The translations under genes were made by a program, and so were the position numbers. Below, in pieces: positions 37,000 through 50,962 of a stretch of DNA of 64,000 bases. The DNA is from Octopus sinensis (lineage: Eukaryota): assembly GCF_006345805.1 (NCBI RefSeq), contig NC_042998.1, forward strand, positions 9,610,001 through 9,674,000. Reading direction: 5' to 3'. How positions within the stretch are numbered: position 1 is the first letter of the stretch; each line of letters starts with the position of its first letter. A model generated the notes under the pieces. The model saw only the letters and a program-made list of their open reading frames with translations, ran no database searches and was not told where the DNA came from.

Positions 37000-37410
37000 A
37001 GGTGCAGGAGTGGCTGTGTGGTAAGTATCTTGCTTACCAACCACATGGTTCCTGGTTCAGTCCCACTGCGTGGCATCTTGGGCAAGTGTCTTCTGCTATA
37101 GCCCCGGGCCGACCAATGCCTTGTGAGTGGATTTGGTAGACGGAAACTGAAAGAAGCCTGTCGTATATATGTATATATATATATGTGTGTGTGTGTATGT
37201 GTGTCTGTGTTTGTTCCCCTAGCATTGCTTGACAACCGATGCTGGTGTGTTTACGTCCCCGTCACTTAGCGGTTTGGCAAAAAGAGACCGATAGAATAAG
37301 TACTGGGCTTACAAAAAGAATAAGTCCCAGGGTCGAGTTGCTCGACTAAAGGTGGTGCTCCAGCATGGCCGCAGTCAAATGACTGAAACAAGTAAAAGAG
37401 TAAAAGAGAG
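37000..37410 (+). mobile_element. SINE family 1 with 15-bp TSD
   Basis: AGCCTAGTAACAAAT at 36985-36999 and 37411-37425. Confidence 0.92.
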
Positions 37411-38020
37411 AGCCTAGTAACAAATGTTAAACTACAATGTGTGATTTCTATAAACAAAATATGGTTATAAGACATTGCTATCAAATGTCCTGCCTTCTTC
37501 CTACCCACAAAAAATTGTACAAACCATGTACTCACAAAAACCATTACAGCTTGCATGGAGATGTGGATGAGAGGTTAGTTTCTATTTTTTTTAGTAGGCC
37601 TTGATCATACCCTTCGTCAGTTTATATATGTTGGTGGTGAGTTATTTCCCTGTTGGTTTTAAATTTCTGCTAGCCACCTTGATTATTTTATAATTTTCAC
37701 ATTACCATTTAGTGAAATCAGTCATCGATTCCAATGACATTCTCCATAATACTGACAGGGTGAGTTGGCCTCTATCAGTTGTGATGGAGTAAGCATTACT
37801 GATGAGTATTAATTTCCTATACAAAATTGGCATGCTAATCTAATGCAACTTGTTCACAGCGGGGAGGGTTTTCTCTCCTGTCAATACAAAGAGACCATGT
37901 GCTTTGTGGCTAAGGAGACTAGGGCTCCTATTTCTAGCAATGAACCTTTGTCACTCTTAGTGACAGTGAATTATTTCCTTGTTGGTTTTAAATTGCTGCA
38001 ATCCACCTTGATATTACAGA

Positions 38021-38674
38021 TTGCTCAAGGATGTCTTCTGGATGGCAACCACTGCAGACTGTTGGTTGGCCCATAACAGATCCTACCTGGGGATGACGGC
38101 ACACTGGCTGGACCCCAAGACCAACACTAGACAACACACCGTCCTGGCCTGCTCTTGGCTCAGAGGACATCACACCTTTGATGTTCTCACCCAGGTCAAG
38201 GTGGACACTCATTACAAGTTCCAATTGCATGTCAAGGTGACCAGGATGGGTAACAACAAAAACTTTGTTACGGCATTTATGGAGTTTGGTACAGAAGATG
38301 AACTCTCACCAGACATTCCTGAGGCTGCTGCTGATCCAGATGTGGAGGACATCAAGGATGTGGACCTAGACATGGATCCCAAGGCTGAGGATGTGGGCAA
38401 AGGTGAGCACACCTCTGTTGATGCCATCCTTGAAGAGTCCAGTGGCCTGGGTCTAAACCTGCCAGTGCACATGAAGTGCACAGCCCATACCTTCAACTTG
38501 GTAGCCAGTATGGATGCCAACAAGGTTCTTGATAGCACTTCATTCAAGTCGGCCTACAGGAAAGCCATGTCCAAGGCACAGTGGCTGTGGAATCTGCATG
38601 CCTGTCTGCCACAGCACAGTGGTGACAGACAGCATTTTGGACGTGTTGAAGAGGAGGCTGGTGGTCCCCAATAG
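38021..38674 (+). mobile_element. hAT (Ac-like) transposase fragment
   Basis: ATTADCW...SYLGMTAHW, NFVTAF and CTAHTFNLVAS (CxxH) motifs. No TIRs seen. Confidence 0.85.
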
Positions 38675-39215
38675 TACTTACTTTGTTGACTCTGAAAGGA
38701 TGAAAGGCAAAGTTGACCTCGGTGAACTTAGAATTTGAACTGAAGAAAAACATTGCTGAGCATTTTGCTTGGCACGCTTATGTTTCTGCCATCTCACTGA
38801 TTTCAAATTTCACTTGGACGGTATATTTATCCAGTGGCTGAATAAAATGCTAAGCAAAACTACAAGACCCAGTTGAATGTAATATTAAAATAAATTTTAC
38901 TCTGCTCTTAGTATTGAGTCGAGTTTCACCATCAGTAAATATTCAGTCCTTATTTTCAAAATTGCTTTGGTATGAACAAATAACTCTTATTTCCATGGGA
39001 ACATGCCCCTCTCCCACAACACACAGATTAAAATCTGTCCAAGCAGCTGCATTAAAAGTCAAAAGCTCCTCAACCGCAGCCCCAGCATACAAAACTCACA
39101 GACCTACCACCTATAAATACAACATCCATCTCTCATATGTATATACAGACAAACAACAATAGAATATAATACTTTTGGAAACAACAATTTAAAAATGAAA
39201 GAGGACAAACCTATG

Positions 39216-39293
39216 GACTGTTGGTTGGCCCATAACAGATCCTACCTGGGGATGACGGCACACTGGCTGGACCCCAAGACCAACACTAGACAA
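39216..39293 (+). repeat. Exact 78-bp copy of 38057-38134
   Basis: 78/78 identical by eye. Confidence 0.93.
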
Positions 39294-40290
39294 AACTACA
39301 TTTCTTTCTCTCTAACCAACGAATAACGGTTTTCAACTACATTACACTGATGTTGCATTCCCTTTCCTATCAAATTAGTAATGCCTGCATGCTTCACCTC
39401 AACTTTTAACCTCAACAGTGTACTACCTGCTTCATCAATAACTTGACAGCCACTTTAGTTCTGTTTAGAGTCAAGATTCTTTTATTCGTGCAAGATTATC
39501 ACATGTGAGATTTAAATCATTGACGAAAATTCATTTCAATATGAATAAATAATAATAAAAAAAATAAGGGCTATAATATTTATAACAGCTTTAATTTATC
39601 AGAGAGGGGGGAAGTCGGTAAGCAATGATGGAAGCAGACTGAGTGAAAATGTAACTGCGGAGGCAGAATAAATGGTTTACCATTATAGCCAAGATGAATT
39701 TACATAATTTAGCTAATGTTCGGGCAAACACACATTAAAACTGAATTATATTCCAATAATACAACATTTTCTAATATAACCAATGTAAAATATGCAGCAA
39801 TATTTTACAAAGTAAGACAAACATTTAATTGGTTTAAAGATAAATTGCGATTGTAATTGGAAAAATCACAGCTATTAATGAGCTGTAATTCATTTCAAAA
39901 TCATTGTTGCTTTTTGGTTTTGTAAAATCAAGGATAAGAAATTACTGGCTTAAAATCTCCTACTGTATATTTTAGAATTTTTCCAAACATGAATATTTGC
40001 TGATATAATTAAAATAGAATTATTCTTCAATGCCATGTGATGTAAATGCTGTTGTGTTATTTTAATTCAAAGGAGATATTTTATAAATTGGATACATGCA
40101 AACCTAATTATAAAACACAGAGCATTGATTGCCATTTCAATTCCAAAAGTGAAAGGTTAAAAAGACTTTGGATGTGCTTCTTTAAACCAATTAAGAAATC
40201 TAAAGAGAGCAGATACATAATGAGAATTGTGTGCAATGAGTTGAAGTAACACCATTAGACAGTTGCAGGCATTAATTGCAGTTGTATTAC

Positions 40291-40379
40291 CTGCTATGTA
40301 GAACTTAACACAGCCTTGAGGCATAGGGAACTCCGCACTGTACGCAGACCGCATCAGAGACAGAGTGTCCTCAAATGAC
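40291..40379 (-). CDS. WDTC1: WDTC1 exon
   Basis: ttctag|G TCA TTT...GCA G|gtaata. Encodes PMPQGCVKFYIAG (vertebrate equivalent recalled as PLPDGAAQYYVAG). Confidence 0.9.
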
Positions 40380-41801
40380 CTAGAAGAACAATTAAAACAA
40401 ACAGATTTATACCTGCAACAAAGTATTGTACACAGCCCGAATGTAAGTTGTAGTCCTCTTCCCTTAAGCTGGGTGGAGTCACAGGGCTATCCCATTGTAA
40501 CCTAGTAAGAGAGAGGATCAAAATAGGGTTATGAAACTAAAGCAAGGAATAGAAAAATATCAGAGTTGATTCTTGCTTTATAATATTTAGAAAATGAATA
40601 GAGATGTTAAATTTAAACTGGATTCAAATTAGAAACCTTTGTTTCTATTTACACATCCTAGAGTGAGGCATCTGGTGATGATCACAGACCAAACCAATTG
40701 AAACAGTGTAGATGTAGATATATATATAAAAAATAGCATCCCTAAAGCTGAATTTAAAGATCTGAAAAAATTATCATTATTATTATTCTTGACGGTGTGT
40801 ATAAATACTGATCAAGAAGGTAAAAAAATAAAAACATCTTCCAAAATTTATGAAAAAAGCCTTAAAAGAATTTTGTCTTTGAAATTTCAGAAAAAGAGAA
40901 TCTGAGAGTTGAATAGTTTTAAACAGAATTTATGTAGAACACCATATAATCCAAATTTGAAGGTTACTGCTCAATGTTTTACAAAATATTTAATGCAAAT
41001 TGGCGGATGTACTTTTGAATACAAATTATATTTGACATCAAAAAAAAAAAAGCAAGAAAAAATACTGAGTAAAAATAGATAAAAAAAAAAGAGTTATAAT
41101 CACACAAATCTATACTATCTAATTTACAAATATTCATTAGTAAGAAAGAGGTTAAAACATAACAAAAGTCACCATGGCCTCAAAGCTTGAAAACCTTTTA
41201 AAACTAAAACATAAAGTTTATTTGTTTTATTAAAATATGAGCAAAGAATGTGTTAATCTATAATAAATTTATTGTGATGTTAAATGGCCCAGTGAGTAAG
41301 GTACGAAACTATCAGCTCCTATGTTATAAGATCAAATCCATCACAGGTTTTAGAATTCTTTATTTCTGGTGGGCAGGATATTTTTATTCAAAGAATCTTA
41401 GTTCACTTAGATAAGACTGTGTGCTAAACCCCAGAGAGAAAGTTACCCAGATAAACTAATGTTACAATCCCAAAAAAACACATTTATCATTGGATTAGTG
41501 TTAGGGAAACAGAGACAGGCACGGCTCTAATGGACACTTCTGATTTGTAAAGTAGGCCAGCTTTTGTTTTTTTAAAAGAATACAAAATGGAAAAACCGAC
41601 TATGCAGAGAATATGCAAGTTAATACCCGCACAGACCAATGCAAATAACAGACCCGAGATTTATCATAAAGCTTAACAGTTTAATATTTATAGTTACTGA
41701 ATCTAGTTGTAAATAAAGACAGAGTAAAATCCAGTTGATTATAAATATGTTACAATATAAGAAAAAATACGAATTTGACACACTGAGGTCACTCAACTTA
41801 C

Positions 41802-42026
41802 CGTGATCCATTATCAGTAGGAAATTTGATACTTTTGCATGACAACATTCTTCTGTCATACACCCGAACGTAAGGATCATTAGCTCCAACTGCCATCTCA
41901 TCTGGCCGTAAAGGATTGATAGCAATGCACTTTGCTTCAGCATGAAGTCCCATATGTGCATTAAGATTGATTAAAACATTCTGGGGTGTGCTATCACAGA
42001 TAATTGGAGTTCGCAGATCAAATTGC
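41802..42026 (-). CDS. WDTC1: WDTC1 exon
   Basis: taacag|G CAA TTT...TCA CG|gtaagt. Encodes QFDLRTP...EAKCIAINPLRPDEMAVGANDPYVRVYDRRM. Confidence 0.96.
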
Positions 42027-43615
42027 CTGTTAGGATATTGAGAAAAAGCAATGAATGAGAACAGCCAATAAAAAAACAAAAAAAAATGAGAGCAGCAAAA
42101 ATAAATTATATAATTACGTAAAGCGAAAGTGAAAGTAACTTATTGTGTGTGTGTGTGTGCTTGTCTGTCTGTGTCTGCATGGCTGTAAGTGAGGGTATTT
42201 GTGCTTCTTTGTCTTGAGATCATGCTGTAGTTAGTTATAAATGAATGTCACCATCATGCAAGTGGTATCCCTTGTTTCCAGTCTTTCAATAAAAAAAAAC
42301 ATGTTTAACCATATGGAAACGCTACCTTGCCTGGATTACAAATGCCAACAAGGGTGTGCAGCCGTAGAAAATCTGTCTTAATGAATTTCATCTGATCCAT
42401 GTAAGTATGGTAAAGTGGACACATGGGAAAGTAAAAACAATGATGATGAGATTTAATACTTTACACATTACTTGTACACTGTCTTTTTATCAGAGAACCA
42501 GTCCACGAAGCCTCAAACAGGTTGGTATCAAAAGAGTTAAAGAGACCAGCCAGAAACAATAGGTCGAACCTTTTAGCATTCAGATTACTCTGTTAAATGA
42601 GGCGTTTAGTAATAGACCATCGTAAGCAGCACAACTTAAAAACCAAGAAAAATGCAGTCAAAGTTTCACAACATTCAGAATGCGATATCTCGGCAAGGAA
42701 TGAAGTTAGGAAGCTGGTTTTGGTCTTAAAATGACCGCGAAGACCTCCTCTAGTCATTCCACCTACGTATAATTATTTATTTAGGTATGCATCTGAAAGA
42801 TGAAACAATGACTGCATCTTTCTCATTTTGCAGAATATACCGGTACTACAAAACAGTGTATTGCATTGCATATTTTAGCCATAATACCGAGTAAAAAACA
42901 TACAGAGACCCCACAAAGGTATTGTTTGTGTTTTAATATACCAAGGTAAGTATCTTTAAGAGGTAAGTAAGACAAGATAGTAAGATAATAGCCCATTATC
43001 ATTATGATGGTAATGAGCCATAACACCTCGTAAAACGATACATGGACCACACTGGAGTTATTCATTGAGTGAGTGTGCTTACGATGGTGTGTTACTAAAC
43101 TCTCTGGTCCAAGTTTGGGTGAGTGAGCATCATGTCAATAGCATAGAGGTACAATTTTTTCAGCCAGATTTTTTAACTTATTGCAAGCTTCACTGGTTCT
43201 TCCTCCCAACTTTTTTGATTCTAGATGTTGAGACAAAGAAAATGTTATATTAATCTTGAAAATGGCTGGGATGGCACTTACGACATTTGGTTACTAAACA
43301 CACACGTTATCTTGTAGCTTTGAGATTTTGATGATTTTTGTAGCTTTGAGATTTTCAAAATGACATTGCAGGGTAGGAGTGAGAAGCTAGATTTGGCCAG
43401 TTTGAACAAAAAAACAAGTAGAATATTGGGGCCTGATGTGTCCAGTTTAAATACTAAAGGACTAACCTCTTTTCACAACACCCAAATTTGATAGTCCTGA
43501 CCAAGACTATACAATACTTGAGAGAAACGGTCAACTGGACTCCCCTATAGCAACATGATCAGTTAAAAATAGAAACAAGTTTTAAAATCTTTCGAAATTA
43601 AAGGAATTTTCTTAC

Positions 43616-43803
43616 ATGATAGTGCCATCTTCTGCAGCACTCCAGAACATAAACGGAACATTCGGAGCAGTAGCTAGTCGCTTCACACGGCCTGCATGGC
43701 AGCCAAATACATGTGTGGTTTCCTGAATATTTACATCATGGACTCGGATCTTGCAGTCAGCTGCTCCACTCACAATTATCGAATCATTAGAGTTGGGAAG
43801 AAA
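43616..43803 (-). CDS. WDTC1: WDTC1 exon
   Basis: tttcag|TTT CTT CCC...ATC AT|gtaag. Encodes FLPNSNDSIIVSGAADCKIRVHD...FWSAAEDGTI. Confidence 0.96.
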
Positions 43804-43835
43804 CTGAAAACAAAGAAAATCCATAGACAAATGAT

Positions 43836-44217
43836 TACTCTTTTACTTGTTTCAGTCATTTTGACTGCGGCCATGCTGGAGCACCGCCTTTAGTTGAGCA
43901 AATCGACCCTGGGACTTATTCTTTGTAAGCCCAGTACTTATTCTATCGGTCTCTTTTGCCGAACCACTAAGTGACGGGGACGTAAACACACCAGCATCGG
44001 TTTTCAAGCAATGCTAGGGGGACAAACACAGACACACAAACACACATACATATATACGACAGGCTTCTTTCAGTTTCCGTCTACCAAATCCACTCACAAG
44101 GCATTGGTCGACCCGGGGCTATAGCAGAAGACACTTGCCCAAGATGCCACGCAGTGGGACTGAACCCAGAACCATGTGGTTGGTTAGCAAGCTACTTACC
44201 ACACAGCCACTCCTGCG

Positions 44218-44220
<3 letters not shown>
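43836..44220 (-). mobile_element. SINE family 1
   Basis: Family match; its tail ends ~30 nt from the exon acceptor. Confidence 0.88.
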
Positions 44221-44271
<51 letters not shown>

Positions 44272-44594
44272 CATATATCTGGGTTTTGGTCTCCATTAAC
44301 AGGGGTGGCTGGATCTACCTCAATGTCATTGTAACTGAGGCAGACACAGAAGCAGCCCACCCCAACCTTTGGGCTGGCTGGCTGGTACCCATTCTCCCTT
44401 GCTATCATGAGGCTTATTTTGGAGCTGGATTTTCTATGGGGAACATGCCCTTGCTTACCCCCAACCTCAGTTTCTAGACAGATCACCAGAGATAATTTCT
44501 TTCACAGTGAAGTAACAAAATACATTTCCCAACATTAGGGTCTACACTTGAAAAAAAACTGACCACTGGCTAGATTTTCAACATTATATGAAGG

Positions 44595-44835
44595 GCAGGT
44601 AAAAAGCACCATTCGAGCGTGGTTGTTGCTAGTGCTGCCTGACTGGCTCTCATGTCGGTGGCACATAAAAAGCACCATTCAAGCGTGGTCGATGCCAGTG
44701 CCGCCTGACTGGCCCTTGTGCCGGTGGTACATAAAATTTTCCCACTACACTCTTGGAGTGATTGGCATTAGAAAGGGCATCCAGCTGTAGAAACTTTGGA
44801 CTGGAACCTGGTGCAGCCTTCTAGCTTGCCAGCCC
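44595..44835 (+). mobile_element. RTE 3'-UTR modules, tail truncated
   Basis: Repeated GGCACATAAAAAGCACCATTC modules. Confidence 0.7.
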
Positions 44836-45639
44836 TCAATCAAAACGTCTATAAAGACTGAACCAATCATATATTATTGAATCTTGCTCATCAATAATAC
44901 ATAATAGATGGTTAACAGCTAGTAAAGGAGTGTGGCAAAGTATTGCCTTACAATTGTTAGTTAGTGGATCCAATTCACAGATGGGGTAACATGTGTTCTC
45001 GAGTAAAAATGAGAACCAGTAGAAGCTGGAGTTAAGTGTGTGAGGGACTGATCTCCTGTTCAATGATAAGTCTTATACTTTTAGTTCTCTTTTATCTTTT
45101 ACTTGTTTCAATCATTGGACTGCAGCCATGTGGGTCAACACTTTGAAGGGATTTTAGTCAAACAAATCACCCCTAATAATTTGGGTTTTTTTTTTAATAA
45201 TGCTAATACTTGTTCTATCAGTCTCTTAGGTCAAACCACTAAGTTACGAGGATGTAAACAAACCAATACTGGTTGTCAACTCAAGTGGTGGGTGTTTGAT
45301 AAACAGACCCAAATACATAAACATGTAATCATTCACACACACACATGCACAATGGACCTCCACACAGTTTGCATTTACTCAAATCTACTCCCAAGGTATT
45401 GATCAACCCAGATCTATAGTAGAAGACTATAAGGTGCCATGCAGTGGGACTAAACTGAAAACCACATAGTTGCAAAGTGGGTTTCCTAACCATACAGCCA
45501 TACCACTGCCTATACTGTTGTTTGAAAATATCTTGGAACACTGTAATGCGATTGTTAGTTCAAGACACAGACTTTTTTTTTATGAAATATCCATTGGAGT
45601 TATAGATTTGGAGAGATACTTCTAAAATATGTCTGCGTT

Positions 45640-46180
45640 CAGATCGTCTGGAAGCCGTTCAGCGACGTGCAACCAAAAGAATACCCTCCATCAGGCATTT
45701 GCCATATTCTGAACGCCTTACTTCCCTGGGCATGGACACATTGAAACTCCGACGTCTGGCAGCTGACTTGGCAGACACCCATAAAATTATCAACCATCTT
45801 ACTAACAATAACTCTGAGCACCTTTTCAAACTCCACCTGTCTAACACCTGTGGACATCTTTACAAAGTCAGAAAACAGCACAGCTCCCATGACTTTAGGA
45901 AACATTTTTTCACGCTGAGAGTTGCTGAAGCATGGTACAAACTGCCGGCATCAGTTGTTAGTTGTCGGAGCACTGCATCCTTCAAAACTTCCATGCTTTC
46001 TGAGATTCGCCAACACTACACTTGATTTTCTCCCCTCCATATACACACAAGCATGTATCTGACTCATACATTGTTCGCTTTCCAGACATTTGTACATTAC
46101 CGCATACACTTTATACGCACTTTTGACAAGTTGTGGTGCACCTGAGCATTGTATACAGTAATTTCATTATTATTATTTAT
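45640..46180 (+). mobile_element. CR1/L2-type LINE 3' fragment
   Basis: LEAVQRRATKRI...YSERLTSLGMDTLKLRR...FFTLRVAEAWYKLP; (ATT)n tail. Confidence 0.85.
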
Positions 46181-46839
46181 ATTACAGATATGTATTTGCA
46201 CAGCAAGTGACCTGATCTGAGATCATGTGCTGTAACGAAAACAATTGCAGGGTGGAAGGTGTTTATAAGCCATTTAAGAAACACAGAGAATTTTGTCAGT
46301 GAACAGGTCGCGGTCTCAAAGCGACGAAAATATTTTGACAAATTAAATTTAAATGTTGGAGTGAATCTAACGGTTTTTGTGTGTTTTTTAAATGGCTTAC
46401 AAACACCTTCCACGCTGCAATTGGCTTCATTTATAGAAGCTGGAAAAACATACTATTGTCAGTGTTCAATGATGCCCGTTACTTACTAGATATTATCTTA
46501 TTATTTTATTTACTTGTTTCAATAACCAGACTGCAGTCATGTTGGAGCATGCCTTATATACTTATATCACTTCCCCAACTCCCATTACTTTGTCTGTTAC
46601 TTATTTTATTAACCTAGTAAAGGAAGAAAGGCAAAGCTGACCTGGGTGCAAAGGAGCAAAACAGAATACTGCTCGGTAATTTTGTTTGACAAACTGATCC
46701 TTTCCATCTCATACACACAGACGCATGTATAGAAATACAACCCTTAGGTCTGAGCCAAAGGGCCAATGAGCTTCCAAAGAGTGACTGACAATCAAATTTT
46801 AATGAAAAGGTTTCAGTCAACCTGAGGCTAAGACAGAGA

Positions 46840-47144
46840 GCTCAAAATCTCTCGTGGAAGCGCCATCCAACCAAAATGCAAATATATGGGAAACTACCAA
46901 CTGTGTCATCTCTTGTGAAAGGTAGGAGAGTCCAGTTTGCTGGACATTGTTGTAGAGCTGAGAAAGAAGTAATTTCTACTCTTCTCCTCTGGAAGCCATC
47001 TACTCGCAATACCAGAGGGCGCACACTCTCCAGGGATACAGGCATCCAGCAACAGGACCTCCGTAATGCCATGATGGACCGTGAAGTCTGGCATAGCATG
47101 GTAAATTCCATTGTCTCGACCACGGTCGAACAATGATGATGATG
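46840..47144 (+). mobile_element. RTE-X-like LINE 3' fragment with 10-bp TSD
   Basis: NLSWKRHPT...YGKLPTVS...RRVQFAGHC; (TGA)n tail; AAGACAGAGA at 46830-46839 and 47145-47154. Confidence 0.85.
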
Positions 47145-48360
47145 AAGACAGAGAACACTTTCACAAAGTATCACTCAGTAATATCAGGGCTTGAACCTTG
47201 AGGTTGCAAAGCAAGTTTCTTAACCAGGCATCCACGATTGTATCCATAGCAAGTGCAGCATCAAAATCCTGTGTGGTCGTGGGTGGATGTGTTAATCCTT
47301 TTGTATTCGTAATATAAATATAGTAACTGCATTAGCTAGTAGATAATAACATTTAGAAAAAACACAGACAATACCAAATGCAGTTTTTTTTCTTTTATTG
47401 TAGTCACCAACTTTAAATATAAAACCATTGTTACTGTTGCTGCCTACTATTTTCACTATTGTTACCATCAGCCACTGGAGAAGTCCCTATGCAGTTACTT
47501 GGCCAACTAGAAATAGCAGCCAAATCCCACTTCCAAAAGCAGCTTTCCAGTTTTCAAAGATAATGGAAAAATTAGACCATGTTGTTCTTGATAGCCCCTA
47601 AAACGACAATAATGGTCACAGCTGGAATTGCTTTTGATTGTAAGTCTGCTTCATCATGATTGATTTGGGGTTAAACCATAACAACAATTAGAACAGTTCA
47701 ACACGATGGAATTAATGCAGTGGTTTATAAAGAGGAGATTCATTAAACGGACAATCAAAAATAGGCCTTCGTCATAACAACCACTCCTATTGTTACTATA
47801 ACTGAGACGGATATCACAACACAGCACCACCACCTCCACCAGCACCACCACCGACACTTTTATATGTTTTATCAAGCTGCTAAAAATAGCAGCCAAATCT
47901 CTTTCAAGCCACACACTGCCATCTTTAAAAATTGAACACATTGAATAATGTAATCCAGGGTACATTATTCCTGAAATTAAAACAGGATAGTCATGGCTAG
48001 AATGTGTTTGGGGATAGCCAACAAGGGAGAATTCTTGACCTGCTAGAGACAGCAACCAGATCATACAAAAAACATCTTACAGAAAAATGCAGAGCAAATG
48101 TAATCTGAATATAGAAAAAGACAAGATGGTCACGACTGGGATGTCTCTGAACATAGAACTACTTGATTGAGGCTAAACAATAACAATGGTAATTCTACCA
48201 CAGCAGCTGCCACTACATCTGCCAAATCTTGTCGCTGCCACCACTACCAATACCACCAACAACATCACCATCATCATCAACACCTTCTTCACTTCAACCA
48301 ATGCTACAACAAACAAGATCATGAAAACATCCATAGGAGTCAAAGGAAAATATAAAATAC

Positions 48361-48472
48361 CTTCAAAGAAAATATATTCCCTTGATGTCCTGTCCTGATT
48401 GTGGTTAAGCGCTTATGACGGAATGGATTCCACACAATAATTTGAACATCATCAGATCCACTTGCCAATAAC
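48361..48472 (-). CDS. WDTC1: WDTC1 exon
   Basis: ttttag|G TTA TTG...TTG AAG|gtattt. Encodes LLASGSDDVQIIVWNPFRHKRLTTIRTGHQGNIFSLK. Not in the ORF track. Confidence 0.96.
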
Positions 48473-48525
48473 CTAAAACAGAAGAACCATCTCAAACATC
48501 AAAGAAACTATGACATCATATAGAT

Positions 48526-48730
48526 TACTCTTTTTACTCTTTTACTTGTTTCAGTCATTTGACTGCGGCCATGCTGGAGCACCGCCTTTAGTCTAGCAAA
48601 TCGACCCCGGGACTTATTCTTTTGTAAGCCCAGTACTTATTCTATCGGTCTCTTTTGCCGAACCGCTAAGTGACGGGGACGTAAACACACCAGCATCGGT
48701 TGTCAAGCAATGCTAGGGGGACAAACACAG

Positions 48731-48763
<33 letters not shown>

Positions 48764-48935
48764 CATATATACGACAGGCTTCTTTCAGTTTCTGTCTACC
48801 CAATCCACTCACAAGGCATTGGTCGGCCCGAGGCTATAGCAGAAGACTCTTGCCCAAGATGCCACGCAGTGGGACTGAACCCGGATCCATGTGGTTGGTT
48901 AGCAAGCTACTTACCACACAGCCACTCCTGCACCT
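48526..48935 (-). mobile_element. SINE family 1
   Basis: Family match. Confidence 0.88.
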
Positions 48936-49295
48936 ATATGCAAAAAAAAACAAAACAGAATCATCATTGATTACAATGCTTATCCCTCCACAGACTGGCA
49001 TGGGTTGAATGGGTCAGCAGTATGGCACATCAGCACACATCTCAATCCCGCATCATTATTCTTGTAATCTTCATCATTCTGAGAGCTGACCTCACCATCA
49101 ACCTTGGGTTTTCCCGAGCTGCAGATACTCACCATTATCAGTACACTGTACTCACCCTCCGTTCACATCACATATCCATATAACCACATAGTTATCTTTC
49201 CTTCACACATCAGTTGATGCTTTATTGCTCAGCTACTCTGAGCATTTACGCTCCCCATTTACGGCAAGTTAATATTATATACCTAATATCTCACA

Positions 49296-49447
49296 GAGTG
49301 GTTGGCGTTAGGAAGGGCACCCATCCGTAGAAACACTGCCAGATCAGACTGGGCCTGGTGCAGCTTTCTGGCTTCCCAGACCCCAGTTGAACCATCCAAC
49401 CCATGCTAGCATGGAAAGCGGACGCTAAACAAAGATGATGATGATGA
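49296..49447 (+). mobile_element. RTE 3'-end copy
   Basis: Tail match with (GAT)n. Confidence 0.75.
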
Positions 49448-49597
49448 CCTCATATCTCTTCAGATATCTTTTCGCTACACTCAGTATCCATATCTTACAT
49501 TCAAACAGCATCAGACTTCATGCAGTTTACAGAGATAGAGAAACCTCTACTGTCAACAGAGCTAAAGGTTCTTCCTCACCTCCTTTCTTGCTTGAGC

Positions 49598-50014
49598 TTT
49601 TACTCTTTTACTTGTTTCAGTCATTTGACTGTGGCCATGTTGGAGCACCGCCTTCAATCGAGCAACTCGACCCCGGGACTTATTCTTTTGTAAGCCCAGT
49701 ACTTATTTTATCGGTCTCTTTTGCCGAACTGCTAAGTAACAGGGACATAAACACTCTAGCATCGGTTGTCAAGCGATGTTGGGGGGGGAAAACACAGACA
49801 CACAAACACAAACACATACACGCATATATATATATATATACATATATACGACAGGCTTCTTTCAGTTTCCGTCTACCAAATCCACTCACAAGGCATTGGT
49901 CGGCCCGAAGCTATATAGTAGAAGACACTTGCCCAAGGAGCCACGCAGTGGGACTGAACCCGGAACCATGTGGTTGGTAAACAAGCTACTTACCACACAG
50001 CCACTACTGTGCCT
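49598..50014 (-). mobile_element. SINE family 1
   Basis: Family match. Confidence 0.85.
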
Positions 50015-50962
50015 ATTGTTCATTTGCTACAACCATTATCTTTACTACAAGCATTCTCATTACAAATAAGGTTATCCACATAACAAAAAAAAACAAAAAA
50101 TTACACTAACCTCTAACAAGTAAGCATCTGAACAGATGATGGACCTTATCTCAAGGGTGTGTTTACTGCTAACTATTTTGATTAAAAAATTATGAACATT
50201 TCTTTTTTTTTTTTTTGGTATTTTTTGATAGAAAGATGAAGATGGCAGGAAAATAAGTTATGTAATTACACTGTGGTCACTGGGTGCATTCACTAATACT
50301 TTTTCTTGAAATGCATTTCTATAGAACTCTTTCTTGTTTCATGTCTTGCTTCCAATATGTACATTGTTAGAGTCCAATCTGAATCTTAACTATATTATTT
50401 TTAGCCAAGGAGCCTCTATCTCCAGTTTAGGAGGACATACATTTTTATATAGGAGTTTCTCCTACCCACTCACTTTCTTATACTTAGTAATACAAAAAAG
50501 GTAATCTCAGAAGCCTGTAATCTAATAACTCAAAAGAATCTTGAGTCTTTAAAGACCAGACATTGTTATATTTTATTGAAATGTAGTGTACTACCCAAGG
50601 GAATTTTGCCAACATCAAAAGTAATTCTTTTTAGATATATATCTTTTATTCAAAATATGAACAGGAATATATTTTACAAAAAAAAAAAAAAAAAAGGGGA
50701 GGGGGAGAAACAAAAATACATCAATGTAACACAAAGTGCTTCAATTGGTCACGTACCACAAGGTCCAACAGAACCGATGTAGCCAAGCCAGCACACATTT
50801 TAATTTCTAAATGAAGTAATCAAATTTCAAACTACTTATCCTATTCTCTTTACTTGTTTCAGTCATTTGACTGTGGCCATGCTGGAGCACCGCCTTTAGT
50901 CGAGCATTTAAACAGATTGTAATGTAAAATAACAATGATTTATTAAAACACAGGATTAGAGT

